From NCBI RefSeq assembly GCF_009914755.1, contig NC_060941.1: DNA of 64,000 bases. One strand, given 5' to 3'. The notes under the pieces are model-generated. The model had not been told where the DNA came from and did no database searches. It was given only the letters and a program-made list of their open reading frames with translations. A program made the position numbers and the translations under genes. This document shows, in pieces, positions 59,931-64,000 of this stretch; the first letter of the stretch is position 1, and every line of letters starts with the position of its first letter. This DNA is from the human T2T-CHM13v2.0 reference genome, Homo sapiens.

Positions 59931-61892
59931 TTTGTGTGTGTCCAAAGTTCATCCCTCAACCGTTTCTCTCTGGATCAATAATTAAAAGGTTTATCAAGAA
60001 GTCTGAAGGTAAATGGTTCAGTATTGTCAGGTTCTGGATAAGTTTCTCTGTGTTCTTGACTTTTCCCTCATGATGACAAGAAGGCTGCCACCACTCCAAA
60101 CATCACAGCCTCACAGTTGTGCTCAAAGGGAGAAAGAAGAAGGGACGGCCGTTCTCCTTTGAGCACACTGTTTCACTGGCTTCCTGTGGGTTCCACTGGC
60201 CTGACTTGATGCCTGGGACACTTTAAGCATCTCCGGTGCTATGCGGGCTGGGAAGAAGTGAGCTGTAGAGGCAGCCAGTGTTACTCTCTGCTCCATCCCT
60301 TTTTTGTTAATTTTGCGGTTACTGTTATTTAAACTAGATGTATCTCTAGGGCAGTGGCAGGAATCGACTCCAAGGACACTGACCAGCTTGGGGCTGCTGC
60401 CTGGCCCAGGCCGGCGCATGTTGGAACACAGACTCTCTGCCCTTCCACCCCAAGCCTGGTGGGCGAGTGAGTCTGCCCAGAGGGAGTGCCTTTTTCTGCT
60501 TTACACAAGGCACCTCAAGGGGTAGAGGTGGCCTCTCCTGCAGAACGGCAGCTGCCCTGTTGCCGTTCTGATAAATTGCAAGATAAAACTGAAGTGCAAG
60601 GAAGGGGCATTTTTGATTTTGGATATGACTTTGCCTAAAAATGGCACCTTAAGGTGTTTTAAACATTTATCAAACGGTTTCATATGTATGGAGTATGTCT
60701 GTGCAGCATTCTTAAAGTGACAGGACTACCTTATGAAGTCAGTAAATCCTTTCATCTCCCCAGACAGCCAGAAGCTAGTCAGCAGATGAACACATTCACT
60801 TGTATGTTCCCCTTGGCAACATTATTCCTAGAGAGGTTGCATCTGCATCTTGGAGTCCGCATGATAAATCATTTATGTACTCACAGAAACCATGCACTCC
60901 CCCGTGGGAAGAGTTCTAGGTGTAGCAGGGGCGGAGGACGCCACCTGCTCCCTGACATCCGTCTTTCCGAAGCCATCGCTGGAGCCCTCTGCTGAGTGTG
61001 GGCAGTGAGGCCTCGTCTTACGCATGTGGTCAGAGGAGATAATGTGGCTAGAAGTGCTTTGTAAGCGCCAAGGATTGCTGTTATGAGGAATTTACTAGAT
61101 TTCAGGCTTTCATCAGATAGTTAGCGAGGAAGCGCAAAAGCACAGCATGGTCTCCATGTTTGCTGACCTGCAGCGAAAAGTCAGAAAGCTAATTGGAGGC
61201 CATTCATAGGCTGATTCTACCTTACACCATCATTATACTTTTTGTCTATAAGACTGGAGAAGATCTTTCTGAGACATATCACTATCAGTGTTTTACGCGT
61301 ATGAAACATATTTTTCTTTCCTTCTTTATGTTCATTTTTAAAATTTTTGATCAGTGCCCTCAAGCATTCTCCTATTCAATAGAAAACATATTTTTCTAGG
61401 TATGATAATCTTTCAGATTTTTGGTATGTGTACCTTTGCTAAAAACACATTTAATATTTCTACCTGTCTGGACACCTTTTAAAAATGTCTGGCTGCACCT
61501 TGGAGAAACGCTTCATGCAAGCAGATTCTAATTAAAGTAGGAAACTTTACTTTACCATTAAGTTATATGTAAAAGCATTCTAGGGGAGAGTCTTTTAATC
61601 ATTGAAACATTTTCAAACGTGTTTGCTCATTTGCTTCTTTATTTGTTTTTATGGCTTATTCATTTGTTTATTTTTAAACTTTTTATTATGAAAAATTTCA
61701 ACATATACCCATCATCTATCTTCAGTCATTTTCAGCTGCCAGTTCCAGTCTCCTTTCATCTGTGCCCCCACCCAGTCCCCCCTTCCCACTCCCCTGGCTG
61801 ATTAGGAAGCAAATCCCAGACTTCATGTAATTTCACCTGTCAATATTTCTGAAAGAAATATTTACTTTCTCTAAAGATAAGTATGCTTCTAA

Positions 61893-61921
61893 ACACACAC
61901 ACACACATACACACACACACA
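61893..61921. repeat. (CA)n microsatellite
   Basis: Direct read, one TA interruption. Confidence 0.9.
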
Positions 61922-62369
61922 ATGTTTGTTTGAATCAGGATGCAAGTGAGATGAATGTATTGTGAGTTACTTCATCTATTCTATTAATCCATGTAATTAA
62001 TCCAAAAGTCAGTCCCTCACCCCAGCACTCTCTGTGCACCTGTCTGCCTGTCTCTTTCTGCAGTTGATTGGTTGAAGAAACTGGATCATGTAGCCTGTAG
62101 AATTTATCGTGGTCTCGATCTCGTCAGTGGCTTCTCCCCCCTTGCCCTGGGTGAGCCACACTCACCTCTGCTCCTTGGATTTCCTCTCGGTGGTGGACAC
62201 AGCCGGGCTCCCCTAGATTCTGGTTCAGTCAGGGAATGTTTCATGTGTGGTGCTGTGTCCTTACTTTAGGATATCTGATAGTCCCTCTGTGATATTAGCA
62301 GCTATTGATGATCATTGTCTGGATCTATTTATTAGAGATTATGAAAAGATGGTGTTATTGTTTCATTCC

Positions 62370-62660
62370 TTTTTTTGCAACAGGGGATCTCACTTGGCCA
62401 CCCAGGCTGGAGTGCAGTGGCGCAAACATGGCTCACTGGAGCCTCAAATTCTCGGGCCCAAGTGATCCTCCCACCTGAGACTTCCAAGTAGCTGGGACCA
62501 CAGGCACATGACACTATGCCTTGCTAATTTTTAAATGTCTTGTAGAAACAGGGTTTTGCTATGTTGCCCAGACTGGTTTTTAATTCCTGGCCTCAAGCAA
62601 TCTTCCTGCCTCAGCTTCCCAAAGTGCTGGGGTTACAGATACGAGCCACTGTGCTTAGCT
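62370..62660 (-). mobile_element. AluJ
   Basis: Antisense dimeric Alu. Confidence 0.87.
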
Positions 62661-62804
62661 GTCCTTATTTGTTAACTGGAGTATCTCTATATAAAGAAAC
62701 CCTCTCATCAATTATTTGGATAGCTCAAGGTACAGTCATAGAGGAAAGCCAGCATCAATACTTACTTTCCTTTATTAACCAGTTTTCAAAATCGTGTGTG
62801 GGCT

Positions 62805-63114
62805 TCTCTCAAAGGTGACTAGTAAGGGGTGTGTGGGTGTGATATGTGTGTGTGCATGTCGTGTGTGTGTGCATGCACGTGTGTGCATGCATAGGTATGT
62901 GTGTGGTGTGGTGTGTGTGGCCACCCTGTTGAAGGCACTACCTACTGTATTCGTTTCTCACTGCATCTCTCAAAGGTGACTAGTGTGGGGGTGTGTGTGG
63001 ATGTGAGTGATGTGTGTGTGTGCACGCATGTCAGTGTGTGCGCATAGGTGTGTGTGGTGTGGCGTGTGTGGCCACCCTATTGAATGCATGACTTACTCTA
63101 TTCGTTCTTCACCG
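62805..63114. repeat. Diverged ~161-bp tandem duplication with TG-rich cores
   Basis: tctctcaaaggtgactagt at 62805 and 62966; gtgtgtggccaccct.ttgaa in both copies. Confidence 0.88.
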
Positions 63115-63676
63115 ATGTCCACGTCGTTCCATCTTTGTGTTGGCCCCTGAGCCTTGTGATGCAGTTCTCGCGGTCCTCAATTGCTTCATTTTGATATGGT
63201 ATGACAAGCCAGCATGTTCTGTGCCATTTTGTACTTCTTCTACCCTAGGCCTGAAATCAGCCACGTGTCTGTCTCCAGGGAGTCTTGGTTTCCTTCCATG
63301 GGAAGTGGTATGGAGAGCTTAATCTGGGCTCCAGGGCTGCTCATTGACCCTTGTTCAGCCCCCTTTCTCTATGGGTGTTTCAAAGATAAAATACGAAGGC
63401 GCTCTTACACATCCAGGTTCAGGTCTGCAAGGTCTGCTTACTCTCATGGGTCCTACAGCTGTATCTGCTTCTTTCCACATGGAGTGCTCAGATTGTTCAT
63501 GAACACCAACGTAATTACCCATTCTCTTATCCTGCACCACACCTGGCAGTTTCAGAAAGCAACACCAGCACTGCCACTGACGCGGTTACTGAGAGCCGCT
63601 GCCGAGGCATAGCCGCTGCTGAGGCACTCGCCCTTCCTTCTCAGGTTAGGCACAGATGTCGAGTGACATTACCCTG

Positions 63677-63843
63677 TATTTTTATTTATTTATTTTTGAG
63701 ACAGGCTCTCACTGTGGCCCAGGCTGGAGTACAGTAGCAGAATCATAGTTCACTGCAGCCTCAACCTCCTGGGCTCAAGCCATCCTCCCACCTCAGCCTC
63801 TCAAGTAGCCAAGACTATAGGTGCACGCCACCATGTCTGGCTA
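63677..63843 (-). mobile_element. AluJ right arm
   Basis: gagacagg...cctcctgggctcaagccatcctccc. Confidence 0.85.
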
Positions 63844-63844
63844 C

Positions 63845-64000
63845 GTTATGTTATGTTATGTTATGTTATGTTATGTTATGTTATGTTATGTTATGTTATT
63901 TTTTTGAGATGGAGTCTTACTCTGTTATCCAGGCTGGAGCGCAGTGGCATGATCTCGGCTCACCGCAACCTCCACCTCCCAGGTTCAAGCGATTCTCCTG
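63845..64000 (-). mobile_element. AluS (truncated by window end) with (GTTAT)11 tail
   Basis: gttat x11 at 63845-63899, then ttttgagatggagtcttactctg. Confidence 0.9.

Overview
Primate (most likely human) genomic DNA from inside RPTOR (Raptor, the mTORC1 scaffold). The only protein-coding sequence I can support is one 83-nt internal exon on the + strand (15160-15242, DPLSMGPQKALETIGANLQKQYENWQPR). From recall it is exon 3, residues D89-R116. The rest is intron: about 30 Alus (several nested, many with visible target-site duplications, TSDs), old L1/L2/MIR fragments, ERVL/MaLR/ERV1 LTRs, Tigger1 and Charlie1 remnants, a near full-length dead HSMAR2 mariner, and many tandem repeats. The long ORFs in the track are repeat artefacts. 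I found no convincing new multi-gene system. The most notable local features are a ~220-bp dispersed copy of an Alu/mariner junction 2 kb from its source, a pure 59-unit AAAGG tract in an AluY tail, a palindromic 26-bp VNTR, a stop-free 70-bp VNTR, and closely spaced inverted Alus. Repeat subfamily names come from recalled consensus sequences, not from a search.
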